Positions 28,257 through 37,254 of a DNA stretch of 64,000 nucleotides are shown here, piece by piece. A program made the position numbers and the translations under genes. Under the pieces are notes generated by a model that saw only the letters and a list, made by a program, of their open reading frames with translations, did not search any database and was not told the origin of the DNA. Source of the DNA: Candidatus Micrarchaeota archaeon (lineage in GTDB: Archaea > Micrarchaeota > Micrarchaeia > Micrarchaeales > CABMGC01); NCBI GenBank assembly GCA_021850625.1, contig JAJZLJ010000023.1:10219-74218 (forward strand). Reading direction: 5' to 3'. The first letter of the stretch is position 1. The number at the start of each line of letters is the position of its first letter.

Positions 28257-28533
28257 TCTTTTTCAATTCTTTGTGTTTTTCAACAAAATACGTTATGTAT
28301 TCACAATCTGGCTTAACCAAAAGCTTATTCTTTTTTGCGAAATCAAACGCAGCAAAGGCCATTAGTTCAGCAATTCCCCTTCCTCTTTCAGAAGTTGGCA
28401 CAAAGGTGTGATACATACTAATTGTATTTGTTTTTTTATCAATTAAATAGAGCAGCTCTGCTTCTCCAGAAGGGGTAACTATATAAAAACGACCAGGAAC
28501 ATGTACAATGTTCTCCTTAACTATTTTATCCAT
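28240..28533 (-). CDS. Small GNAT-like N-acetyltransferase (YjdJ/PF14542-like)
   Basis: [39 protein letters not shown]. Overlaps the DAHP synthase start by 17 nt. Confidence 0.55.
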   Translation of the reverse strand: MDKIVKENIVHVPGRFYIVTPSGEAELLYLIDKKTNTISMYHTFVPTSERGRGIAELMAFAAFDFAKKNKLLVKPDCEYITYFVEKHKELKKIVFYD

Positions 28534-28593
28534 ACTGTAAATATTACTAACAAATCCTTATAAATACTATTTTGCATATATTACTGTGTTAAA

Positions 28594-29493
28594 ATGGATA
28601 TTCCAAAACTATTAACAGAAAGTTTTAATGATATTATTTCAAACCCAAAGGCACTTTTACCAACATTTTTATTATCTGCAATTATAATAGTTCTAATTGC
28701 TATTACAATTATTTTATTTTATTCGCAGACAATTTTACCATCTATAAATCTTTTTATAAGCGCGCCTACAACTTTTTTTAATGGGCAACAATTTCCGGTA
28801 ATTCTTAAAATATTACTTGAAATAATTTTAGTGTTTACTGTACTGCTATTCTTCATGGGAATCTTGCTTAACGGGATAATTGTTGCCATAGGGAAGCAAC
28901 TCGCGAACAAAGAAAAACTCAACCTTACTATTGCATTTCGTCTTGTAGAAAGCAGATATCTTAAATTACTAGGCGGCGGTTTTCTTTCAATGTTGATAAT
29001 GTTATTGATTTTGGGTTTACCTCTGCTCTTTGTTTTGTTTCTTTTGGTTTCATATCTATCTATTTCTGTTATTTTGTTATCAATGATTATTTTACTAATA
29101 CTTTTCTTATTTTATATAGTTTTTTCAATTTATCTTTATCAAGTGACTGCAGTAATAATAATAGAAAATAAAGGACCAATAGCCGCAATACAGCGAAGTT
29201 TTGAGATAGCATCTAAAAATCGCATTAATATTTTCATACTTCTAGTACTCATTTCATTAATATCTGGATTTACGAGCTTTATAATTGACTTTTTAATTAT
29301 AGTGCCATTTCTTGGAATAGTAATTGGAATAATAATAAATATTTTCATCTCAGTATGGTTTGGGATAATTCCTGCATATTTTTATTATACTATAAATTCA
29401 GTAAAAAAACCTACTGATATCAAAATCAAAAAAACAGCAATTAAAACTCCTGCTAAAACGACAACAAACGGCAAATCACAAAAAAATATCTGA
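28594..29493 (+). CDS. Hypothetical polytopic membrane protein
   Basis: At least 5 long hydrophobic helices and a K/T-rich C-terminal tail. Confidence 0.45.
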   Translation: MDIPKLLTESFNDIISNPKALLPTFLLSAIIIVLIAITIILFYSQTILPSINLFISAPTTFFNGQQFPVILKILLEIILVFTVLLFFMGILLNGIIVAIGKQLANKEKLNLTIAFRLVESRYLKLLGGGFLSMLIMLLILGLPLLFVLFLLVSYLSISVILLSMIILLILFLFYIVFSIYLYQVTAVIIIENKGPIAAIQRSFEIASKNRINIFILLVLISLISGFTSFIIDFLIIVPFLGIVIGIIINIFISVWFGIIPAYFYYTINSVKKPTDIKIKKTAIKTPAKTTTNGKSQKNI

Positions 29494-29517
29494 TCTTTTT
29501 ATTTTTTAATCTCAAAC

Positions 29518-30618
29518 TCAAATAGATTTTCTAAGTATAATATTCTTTATAATCTTCTTCGGACTGTCCATATCTCCATACTCACTCAAAAAAGAGCTCA
29601 TGCCTAAATTATTAAGTAGACGTATGGTAAGACCAAGGCCTTTTTCACTAGAAGTAGAATAAAACCTATTTAATAAGGCATGAACCCTCGTATCAAAAAC
29701 ATATTTTTTTCTATATATCTTCTGATAATCCAAAAGACGCCCAACACCATTCATATATTTATAGACTATCTCTGAAGCAATAATTGCAGCATTTCCTCCA
29801 AAAACGATGCCTCCACCAGTAGAAGGTTTTACCTGTCCTGCTGCGTCTCCTATTAAAATGACACCATTTTTTTCATCTACTATATTTTTTCTGAGTTTCA
29901 TTGGTATTATACTCGCATGTTCACTTAAGAGTTCTGCATTTTCTATAATTTTAGATATCTCTTTTTTCATTATGAATCTTTCAAACGCCATTTTACTGTT
30001 GAATCTTCCAGGATTTATCCCTATACCTACCTCAAGTATTTTTTGTGAGTTTGGGCAGATCCATCCGAAAAGCCCTTTTAATATCTCGCTATCAAAAAAA
30101 AGATCAACGCTTTCAAGGTCTGTTAATTTTTTATTATACTCTGCTTTATATGTTAAAACATAACTTTCAACATTTCCCATCTCAAAATGTCTTGCAACTT
30201 GTGATACTGCTCCATCAGCGCCAACTATTATGCCTCCATCTTTTAAATGATCCAATTCTTCACCATTTATTCTTCTGCCCAATGTTATTTTTACACCTGC
30301 TGACCGCGCTTCTTTAAGTAATATATCATTTAACCTTTCTCTGTCAAGTACATTTGCTATTGGCTTTTTTGCTCGTATTCGCATTATCTCTTTTCCAGCA
30401 TGCAGTCTTGCCCCATACAACGTATTTGTTACTGCCTTCTCATATTTTATTTTTATAGAGTTAAGTCCATTTATTGATATTATTCCAGAAGCGCTTGAAG
30501 GATATCCTGGTCTCTTTTTTTGATCAAAAACCTCTACATCTATCCCTTTCATTGCTAATTCTCTAGCCATTATCAATCCGGCAGTGCCTGCGCCTATTAT
30601 AAAAACCCTTTTTTTCAT
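29518..30618 (-). CDS. Geranylgeranyl reductase family FAD-dependent oxidoreductase
   Basis: VFIIGAGTAGLIMARELAMKGIDVEVFD dinucleotide fold and LIGDAAGQVKPSTGGGI. ATG for MKKRV (30618) preferred; the ORF is open to 30636. Confidence 0.8.
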   Translation of the reverse strand: MKKRVFIIGAGTAGLIMARELAMKGIDVEVFDQKKRPGYPSSASGIISINGLNSIKIKYEKAVTNTLYGARLHAGKEIMRIRAKKPIANVLDRERLNDILLKEARSAGVKITLGRRINGEELDHLKDGGIIVGADGAVSQVARHFEMGNVESYVLTYKAEYNKKLTDLESVDLFFDSEILKGLFGWICPNSQKILEVGIGINPGRFNSKMAFERFIMKKEISKIIENAELLSEHASIIPMKLRKNIVDEKNGVILIGDAAGQVKPSTGGGIVFGGNAAIIASEIVYKYMNGVGRLLDYQKIYRKKYVFDTRVHALLNRFYSTSSEKGLGLTIRLLNNLGMSSFLSEYGDMDSPKKIIKNIILRKSI

Positions 30619-30728
30619 AAACCAAAACCAAAACAAATCTTTATTAATCTTTACTTTAAAATATCTACTATATTTTAGTTTTACAAATTTAATAATTTAT
30701 CTGTTAAATATGGTTTATTGTGGATTAA

Positions 30729-33700
30729 ATGCTTACAGCTTTGATTATAGGTTTTCTTTCAATATTAGTGCCGGGATTTTTTCTTGCATTAGCTCTATTA
30801 CGCAAAACCAAACTTAAACTTTTTGAGATAATTGTAATAGGATTTATCTTTGGATTAATCTTTCCTCCAGCAATGGTCTGGGGAGAAGCATATCTTATAC
30901 CATACTCTCATGCATTTTCATTTTCTGCAGGGCTTTACAACATAAATGTAATATTTCTTACTATAATAGGAATTATTCTATGTATTTGGCAGGGAATAAT
31001 TAACAAAGATCTTTTTTCATTTATTTTTTCCTCAAAGAAAAAAACCGGAGAAAAAATAAATCTTATTAATACAGAACATACTGCTCGTCTTTCAGAGCTT
31101 AGAGATAAATTACGAAGTATGGATGTAGATCTTGCAATTGTAAGGTTGCACCAAAAAGAAGAAGAAGAGCTGGCAAAAAACCAAAGAGCAGAGGTGGCTA
31201 TGTTAAAGGAACGTGGTTCTGGCGCAGAGGAACTTCAGATTGTTCAGGAGTCGCACGTTGAGCAGGAAAAACGTTTATTCAAGGAGCACGAAAGAGAGGA
31301 ACAAGCACTTCTTTCTAATACCGATTCAAAAGCGGCTCCAATATTTTCACTTTCAACAAAGAACATATTAGTATGGACAATCCTTTTGCTTCTTATGCTC
31401 TCAACGTTTGCTACTAGAATAGCAAATATAGGCGTAGCACCAAAGTTCTTCGAGTTCGATCCTTACTTTGATATGGTAAGCACACAATACATTCTTACTT
31501 ATGGATATCAGCCGCTTTATGAGCATGCAGCATGGCCAACGCTTACTAACGGAACAGTTCATAGAATTCAGCCTATAGTTCCTTATCTAGAAGCGTACTG
31601 GTATCAGCTTGCAACAAGCAATACTCAAACTTTAAACAATACGCTTCTTAGCGACGTAAGCAGCTTTTATCCTCCTATAGTCGCAGCGTTATTGGTATTC
31701 GTAATCTTTCTTTTTATATATCAAGAATATGGTGAGATAGCCGGTCTTTTTGCTGCAGGCTTAACCGCATTCATGCCAACATTAATATCAACCTTCATAG
31801 CCGGTGAACAGCTGCTTGAACCTTGGGGCATCTTCACACTATTCTTTTTCTTCGCTACGTATCTTCTTGCGGTAAAATATCCAAAAGAGAAGCGCTATGC
31901 AATACTTGCTGGAATAGCATTTGCATCTACATTCTTAGGGGCTCATTACTACACTGTAGATGCAGGAATACTTGCATTTTATATAGCTGTACAGGGCATT
32001 ATAGATGTATTCAAACAAAAGATTAATCTAGACTTTTACAAGATGAATATTCTTGTAATAATAGTTATAACAATCTTTTATGTAATCTATGCTCCATACG
32101 GAGCCTCGCTTACTAACAGAATTCCTTCTATTATCGGAATACCTACAATAATAGCATTTCCTTTATTTGCATTGATAATTGTGGCTTTATTTGAATTCCT
32201 TCCAAAAATAGCCAAGAAACAGAAATTATTGAAAGAAGTAACTCTCTTTACCTATTTGGGCTGGTTTATTGTTCTATTAATAATAATATCTTTAGTAATA
32301 GTGCTAACTCCTTTAGGAAAACCAGTTATTGATTACATTCAACTGAGCCAGAAATTTACTACTCCATCCTCACCTCTTTTCATGACTGTTCAGGAGTATG
32401 CTCCAACAGGTATTGGATTTAATTTCGGCAGTAACGGTTTTGGACCTATAGGCGCAAGCGTTCTTGGTTTTCCAATAATAATCTGGTTGGTCATTATAGT
32501 TTTTATAATTCTTGAATTAGTATCTGCGTTCTTTACTGAGTCTAAATCAGCAATGTTTTCTATAGCAATAGTGCTTGTTCTTGCAATTGCAGGAATGAGC
32601 GAGGTAAAGTATCTACCTCATTTCGGCGTAGCGTTTATACTTGCAGTAAGTATACTAATTGGTACAATACTACTTTATCTAAATAAAAAAGATAAAAACG
32701 ACTCAGTTGCTATGTTCTTATATCTTATAGAAAGTTTATTCTTAATATTCGCATTTGCAGCTATTTTAGCCCAGTATAGTCTTATAATAGGAACAATACT
32801 AAGCATAATCTTTGGCGTAATAATCTCCTACGTAATACGAAAAATATACAAGACAAAGAGCGGCATCTATCTTTTATACATACTTTTAATTATAATTCTT
32901 ATAGCAGAGTCAGGTGCAATAATACAGGTTGTACAAGCACTTGGAAGCACCTGTACACAGATCTTTAATTCTAATAATGTAATGGGAGCAAATCTCTTTT
33001 GTAACAGTTTGCCGCAGGCATGGATCTCTGCTACGGCTTGGATGTCACAGAATGTAGGACCATATGGTCCTAGAATTCTTTCATGGTGGGACTATGGCGA
33101 TTGGATTAATTGGTTTGGAAACAGCAACGCTGTAATACGCGGAGATAACTCTGTTGCATCATTTGATTACAGAGTAGCAGCAAATTATGTATTAAGTCCT
33201 AACGACTCTTATGGTCCTTCAAAATTGGCTCAACTTATGCAGACAACACAAACTGGTTACGTGTTATTCGATGATCAACTTATACCTAAGTGGGGTGCAC
33301 TTGATTTCCTTGGATGTGTTTATGTAAACGAGACTAGCCAAGCATACGCAACTGCTCAAGGAAAATTATACGGTACAAACTTCGTAACAGGTACCTCACA
33401 ATGTGAGGTTGCTCATGATCCAATAGATGTCAATATTCCTGAAAATCCTTCAGTAAATGATTATTGTTCATTTAAGAACAGCTCTATACAGGCAGTACAG
33501 GTTCTTCTTACTGTTGGTGAAACGGTGCCACAAGGTATTAATGAATCATACTGTATTGCAACTACTGGTTCATCAAATGGTATTTTGCCTTTGTATACTC
33601 CAAATGGAACCAAAACAAATATAGTAATAGATCTGAATAACTCCGATGTAGTGAATGGTTATGTGAGTTATGGTTCTGCTGGAAAATTCCTAAGTGCTAT

Positions 33701-33965
33701 GGCCATATATCTTCCTAATGGTCCTAACGACACAGTCACAGATGCACCTTCATTATTCTATAATTCTAATTACTATCGTGCTTTCTTCCTTGGACATCTG
33801 CCTGGATATACTATGGTTTATCCGGTTGGTGGTTTTAGTGGCATAAACTTTATTAACTCTACAAATGATGTAATTATATACAAACTAAATAACTACACTG
33901 GAGGCTCTCCTGCACATATAACAAAGGCAAGCTACATAACAAACAACTTCTCAGTACCTGGCTAA
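30729..33965 (+). CDS. aglB: Oligosaccharyltransferase AglB/STT3 with an extra N-terminal module (about 205 aa)
   Basis: WWDYGDWINW catalytic motif, FEFDPYFD first-loop motif at about aa 235, and multiple TM helices. aa 1-95 form 3 extra TM helices and aa about 100-205 a charged coiled-coil-like segment. Confidence 0.9.
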   Translation: MLTALIIGFLSILVPGFFLALALLRKTKLKLFEIIVIGFIFGLIFPPAMVWGEAYLIPYSHAFSFSAGLYNINVIFLTIIGIILCIWQGIINKDLFSFIFSSKKKTGEKINLINTEHTARLSELRDKLRSMDVDLAIVRLHQKEEEELAKNQRAEVAMLKERGSGAEELQIVQESHVEQEKRLFKEHEREEQALLSNTDSKAAPIFSLSTKNILVWTILLLLMLSTFATRIANIGVAPKFFEFDPYFDMVSTQYILTYGYQPLYEHAAWPTLTNGTVHRIQPIVPYLEAYWYQLATSNTQTLNNTLLSDVSSFYPPIVAALLVFVIFLFIYQEYGEIAGLFAAGLTAFMPTLISTFIAGEQLLEPWGIFTLFFFFATYLLAVKYPKEKRYAILAGIAFASTFLGAHYYTVDAGILAFYIAVQGIIDVFKQKINLDFYKMNILVIIVITIFYVIYAPYGASLTNRIPSIIGIPTIIAFPLFALIIVALFEFLPKIAKKQKLLKEVTLFTYLGWFIVLLIIISLVIVLTPLGKPVIDYIQLSQKFTTPSSPLFMTVQEYAPTGIGFNFGSNGFGPIGASVLGFPIIIWLVIIVFIILELVSAFFTESKSAMFSIAIVLVLAIAGMSEVKYLPHFGVAFILAVSILIGTILLYLNKKDKNDSVAMFLYLIESLFLIFAFAAILAQYSLIIGTILSIIFGVIISYVIRKIYKTKSGIYLLYILLIIILIAESGAIIQVVQALGSTCTQIFNSNNVMGANLFCNSLPQAWISATAWMSQNVGPYGPRILSWWDYGDWINWFGNSNAVIRGDNSVASFDYRVAANYVLSPNDSYGPSKLAQLMQTTQTGYVLFDDQLIPKWGALDFLGCVYVNETSQAYATAQGKLYGTNFVTGTSQCEVAHDPIDVNIPENPSVNDYCSFKNSSIQAVQVLLTVGETVPQGINESYCIATTGSSNGILPLYTPNGTKTNIVIDLNNSDVVNGYVSYGSAGKFLSAMAIYLPNGPNDTVTDAPSLFYNSNYYRAFFLGHLPGYTMVYPVGGFSGINFINSTNDVIIYKLNNYTGGSPAHITKASYITNNFSVPG

Positions 33966-34461
33966 TAATTAAACGCGCGAGAAATTCAACATCATTTATT
34001 ATGGATGAATGAGAACGAATAAAAAACAACAAATAAGGTATATAAACATAAACTATAATATAGATAACATGAATCTCGCAAGAACATATAACTTAAGGTC
34101 CTCTTTAGAAACAAAAAATCCGTTAGAGATAAATCTACAACTTGCTCTATTAAAAGAATTCTATAATCTGCTTCTTGAAAAGTCAACAAAAACATACAAA
34201 GAAGGCAGACGCGGCATGCGGTTGTACATATATGTAAACACATCAATAAATATACTCTACAAAGCAACTACAATAAAACATATGGGAAGGCACGCCTATG
34301 TGGACATGACCTATGTATTTCAACAGGAATTGAAACGTCGCATTGAAGAACTGAGAATCTATAAAATACATTCTTTTCAGGATGCAGTGATGGCATGAAT
34401 GCAGTGGAATCCCACAGACTTTATTCGTGGGAATATCTCAGAAATAATAATCGACGATAAC

Positions 34462-35604
34462 ATGAAGCTCATAATACTTCAACCATATCTTAATATAAAA
34501 GGGGGAGCTGAGCGTGTAATTCTTGAGATAGCACGCCATTACAATGCAAAAATACTTACTATGGAGTACAATAAAAATACAACATATTCTGAGTTTTCCG
34601 AGTGCGATATACAATTAATAGGCAAAAAAGTTCCTTTATCTGAACTGCTTCCTTACAGGGCTTCACAAGGTCTTAGATATGGATATAACTTCTATAACTT
34701 TAAGATAAAAGAAGAATACGATGTACTTAATTCGCACATCTCGCCAAGCGAGTGGATACGTCATAAAAATACTAATGTATTATGGTACTGTCATACCCCG
34801 CCGCGGGAGGTGTATGATCTATACTCTACAAGAATGAAAAATAGGACTCAAAAAGAAAAGATCCTTTATTCAAGCATGGCACATATTTATCGCCTGATAG
34901 CAAAAAGAACAGTAAAGAAAATAGAGAATATAGCAACCAACAGTAAAAATACCAGTACAAGAATAGAAAAGTATTTTTCAAGAAGTTCAACAATAATCCC
35001 TCCTGGAATCGAATATTCTAATTATGAGAATAAAAGTGATGAACATTTCTTTTTTTATCCATCTCGTTTTATAATAAATAAGCAACAAGATTACGTGATA
35101 AGAGCATTCAAAGTTTTTTGTTCGAAACGCAAAGACAATAAATACTCACTAATTTTAGCAGGTACATTATCTAATGATCCAGAGCATCTTAAATATATGG
35201 AATATCTAAAGACATTATCTAGTGGACTAAGAGTAAAAATATTGACAAATGTAGATGAAGAACGACTACGCAATTTATACAGTACCGCAAGCGCAGTACT
35301 TTTTGCAGCTAAAAATGAGGATTATGGATTAGTTCCTCTTGAGGCAATGGCAAGCTCTAAGCCAATAATAGCATTAAATGATGGAGGACCAACAGAAACA
35401 GTTATAGATGGAAAGACAGGATATCTTATTAATTCAGAACTCGAGATGGCTGAAAAGATGTTTATTCTTTCAAAAAATCCAACATTATCAGAAGCTTTAG
35501 GTAAAGCAGGCAGAAAACATATAATTAAAAATTACTCCTGGAAAAGTTTTTTCAAGAAATTGGATATACTCTTAGAAAAGACAAAAAATAGCAACACTGC
35601 TTAA
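34462..35604 (+). CDS. Glycosyltransferase family 4 (GT-B)
   Basis: MKLIILQPYLNIKGGAERV N-terminus and EDYGLVPLEAMASSKPIIALNDGGPTETVIDGKTGYL. The ORF is open from 34399; ATG at 34462 preferred. Confidence 0.8.
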   Translation: MKLIILQPYLNIKGGAERVILEIARHYNAKILTMEYNKNTTYSEFSECDIQLIGKKVPLSELLPYRASQGLRYGYNFYNFKIKEEYDVLNSHISPSEWIRHKNTNVLWYCHTPPREVYDLYSTRMKNRTQKEKILYSSMAHIYRLIAKRTVKKIENIATNSKNTSTRIEKYFSRSSTIIPPGIEYSNYENKSDEHFFFYPSRFIINKQQDYVIRAFKVFCSKRKDNKYSLILAGTLSNDPEHLKYMEYLKTLSSGLRVKILTNVDEERLRNLYSTASAVLFAAKNEDYGLVPLEAMASSKPIIALNDGGPTETVIDGKTGYLINSELEMAEKMFILSKNPTLSEALGKAGRKHIIKNYSWKSFFKKLDILLEKTKNSNTA

Positions 35605-35936
35605 TCTTTAATTTCAAGAACGTACTTTGATATTACCTTTGCAGCCATTTCAAGAACCTCTTTTATGTTCTTGGTGTTGTTTGAACCTGTGCATATTAAC
35701 TTTCCATTTTTGAACAATATTATTACTGCCTTAGGTTCTTTTATTCTATATATTGCTCCTGGAAACTGTTCTGGTTCATAAGATACCTCTCTTACGTTCT
35801 TAGTAAGGGAAAATAAATCTATATTTGCATGAAGATCCGCACTTACTACTATATTCTGTATTTTTATCTGTGGATTAAGCTTAGGTATCTTTACTACGGC
35901 ATTCTTTACATTTTTAGGTTTTGGCATATAACTCAC
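35601..35936 (-). CDS. tbp: Single-repeat TATA-binding-protein homologue (half TBP, C-terminal-repeat type)
   Basis: PQIKIQNIVVSADLHANIDL...YEPEQFPGAIYRIKEPKAVIILFKNGKLICTGS matches one TBP repeat end to end. 111 aa versus about 180 aa for normal TBP. In-frame stop 12 codons upstream of the GTG. Confidence 0.8.
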   Translation of the reverse strand: MSYMPKPKNVKNAVVKIPKLNPQIKIQNIVVSADLHANIDLFSLTKNVREVSYEPEQFPGAIYRIKEPKAVIILFKNGKLICTGSNNTKNIKEVLEMAAKVISKYVLEIKD

Positions 35937-35956
35937 AATATTATTGTAAGCAAACC

Positions 35957-35967
35957 TTTTTAAATAT
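35957..35967 (-). promoter_or_regulatory. TATA-box-like element (ATATTTAAAAA on minus strand) for the half-TBP gene
   Basis: Centred about 26 nt upstream of the GTG at 35936 (35 nt from the ATG at 35927), inside the 37-bp gap after the preceding gene. Confidence 0.45.
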
Positions 35968-35973
35968 CTCTAC

Positions 35974-37023
35974 TTAAAAATGGTTGTCCTGCTTACTGTT
36001 GTTTCTCTGAACAATCTTATATCCAGCAAAGCCAAATCCTGCCACTGTAACTAAAAATGCACCTACAAGACCATTTGTATTCGATGTTAAACTAGCATTT
36101 TTTATATTATTTACTGAATTTTTTTCAGTATTTATCCCGACTGGCGCATTATCTTTTCGTCTGAGTATTTTAATTGGTGTAGCTACTGCATTTTGATTAT
36201 ATTGTTCTTTCATAACTGCAGCATTTTTCTCGCTTTCTTGTTTTTGTATAGCTGCTATCTTCATTTCATTTTGTCTTTGCTCTTTCTGCAAAGCTAAAAT
36301 GCGCTCTTCAGGCCATGATATGACTTGTTTTGGTGCTGGATATACTGTAGTTTTTGGTATTTGTGTGCTTTGTTGAGAATAATTACCTCCAGTAGCAATA
36401 GCATAATCTTGTTTAAATGCGTTTGAGGTACCGGTATAAGGAACAACAGTATTTCTACTTACTGGTGTACGATATATCCTCTGTTGATTATTGTTATATT
36501 GCGGTGTGTACACAGGGGCATAGTTATATCCTCTTGATTGTGGAGTATATACTGGCGCATAATTATATCCGCTATTTTGCGGTGTGTACACAGGGGCATA
36601 GTTATATCCGCTGTACGGAGAGGTGTATACTGGCGCATAATTATATCCACCATATTGCGGTGTGTATACAGGCGCATAGTTATATCCGCTGTACGGAGAG
36701 GTGTATACTGGCGCATAATTATATCCGGTTTGCGGTGCGTATACGGGAGCATAGTTATATCCATAATATGGATTATAAAAACCACCAACGTGTCGTGCAA
36801 TCTCATAATTTATGCCATTTTCAGCACCTAACGTTGCACCTTGGATTATACCTGCGACTATTGGGTTTATGCGTGCTTGAGCAGGTTTTTCAGAAGGTCT
36901 AGCAATTCCTATGAGAGACGCTGCAACAACAGCAGCAGTTACGACGGTCTTATGTTTTTTTATAAAAGTTAAAGTTGAAGTGTTGTTTTGTTCACTTTCC
37001 TTTTTATATTGTATTTTTTCCAT
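35974..37023 (-). CDS. Double-anchored repeat protein with seven GYNYAPVYTPQ-type units, unknown function
   Basis: N-terminal TM (VVTAAVVAASLIGIA), 7 x 12-13-aa Y/N/P-rich repeats, a Q/N-rich linker, and a C-terminal TM (LVGAFLVTVAGFGFAGY) with a basic tail. ATG at 37023 preferred; the ORF is open to 37095. Confidence 0.55.
   Translation of the reverse strand: MEKIQYKKESEQNNTSTLTFIKKHKTVVTAAVVAASLIGIARPSEKPAQARINPIVAGIIQGATLGAENGINYEIARHVGGFYNPYYGYNYAPVYAPQTGYNYAPVYTSPYSGYNYAPVYTPQYGGYNYAPVYTSPYSGYNYAPVYTPQNSGYNYAPVYTPQSRGYNYAPVYTPQYNNNQQRIYRTPVSRNTVVPYTGTSNAFKQDYAIATGGNYSQQSTQIPKTTVYPAPKQVISWPEERILALQKEQRQNEMKIAAIQKQESEKNAAVMKEQYNQNAVATPIKILRRKDNAPVGINTEKNSVNNIKNASLTSNTNGLVGAFLVTVAGFGFAGYKIVQRNNSKQDNHF
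36499..36770 (-). repeat. Tandem repeat, 39-bp unit (one 36-bp), 7 copies, alternating two sequence variants (78-bp super-unit), in-frame
   Basis: On the plus strand, ttgcggtgtgta[c/t]aca.. units start at 36499, 36577, 36655 and 36730. They alternate with ..gtatactggcgcataattatatcc units. Confidence 0.85.
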
Positions 37024-37254
37024 CCCATTACCAAATAATATATGTATTTTATGATATAAATATATTTGCTTAAATCGATATTGTAATGAACGCAAAGGAA
37101 ACTCGTATGGTTTACGGGCCGAAGGATGTCATATCAATAGTACTTATATCTGCTCTCTTTTAAAGAAACTTTTAAATAGTTTTACAGTGTATACTTATTC
37201 ATAAAATGCTCTTCAAGGAGAGTCTATTTATCATATTAAAAATAGGTGAATGAA

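Noticed and set aside
34009-34398. 129-aa ORF upstream of the GT4 gene, and the antisense 33992-34267 ORF
   Set aside because: No recognisable domain and mutually overlapping on opposite strands. Kept only as an unexplained region in the findings, not as a feature.
36417-36902. Three overlapping ORFs (36417-36902 +, 36459-36806 -, 36538-36831 +) in the YNYAPVYTPQ repeat region
   Set aside because: These are repeat-induced open frames. Only the 35974-37023 minus frame has TM anchors and continues beyond the repeats.
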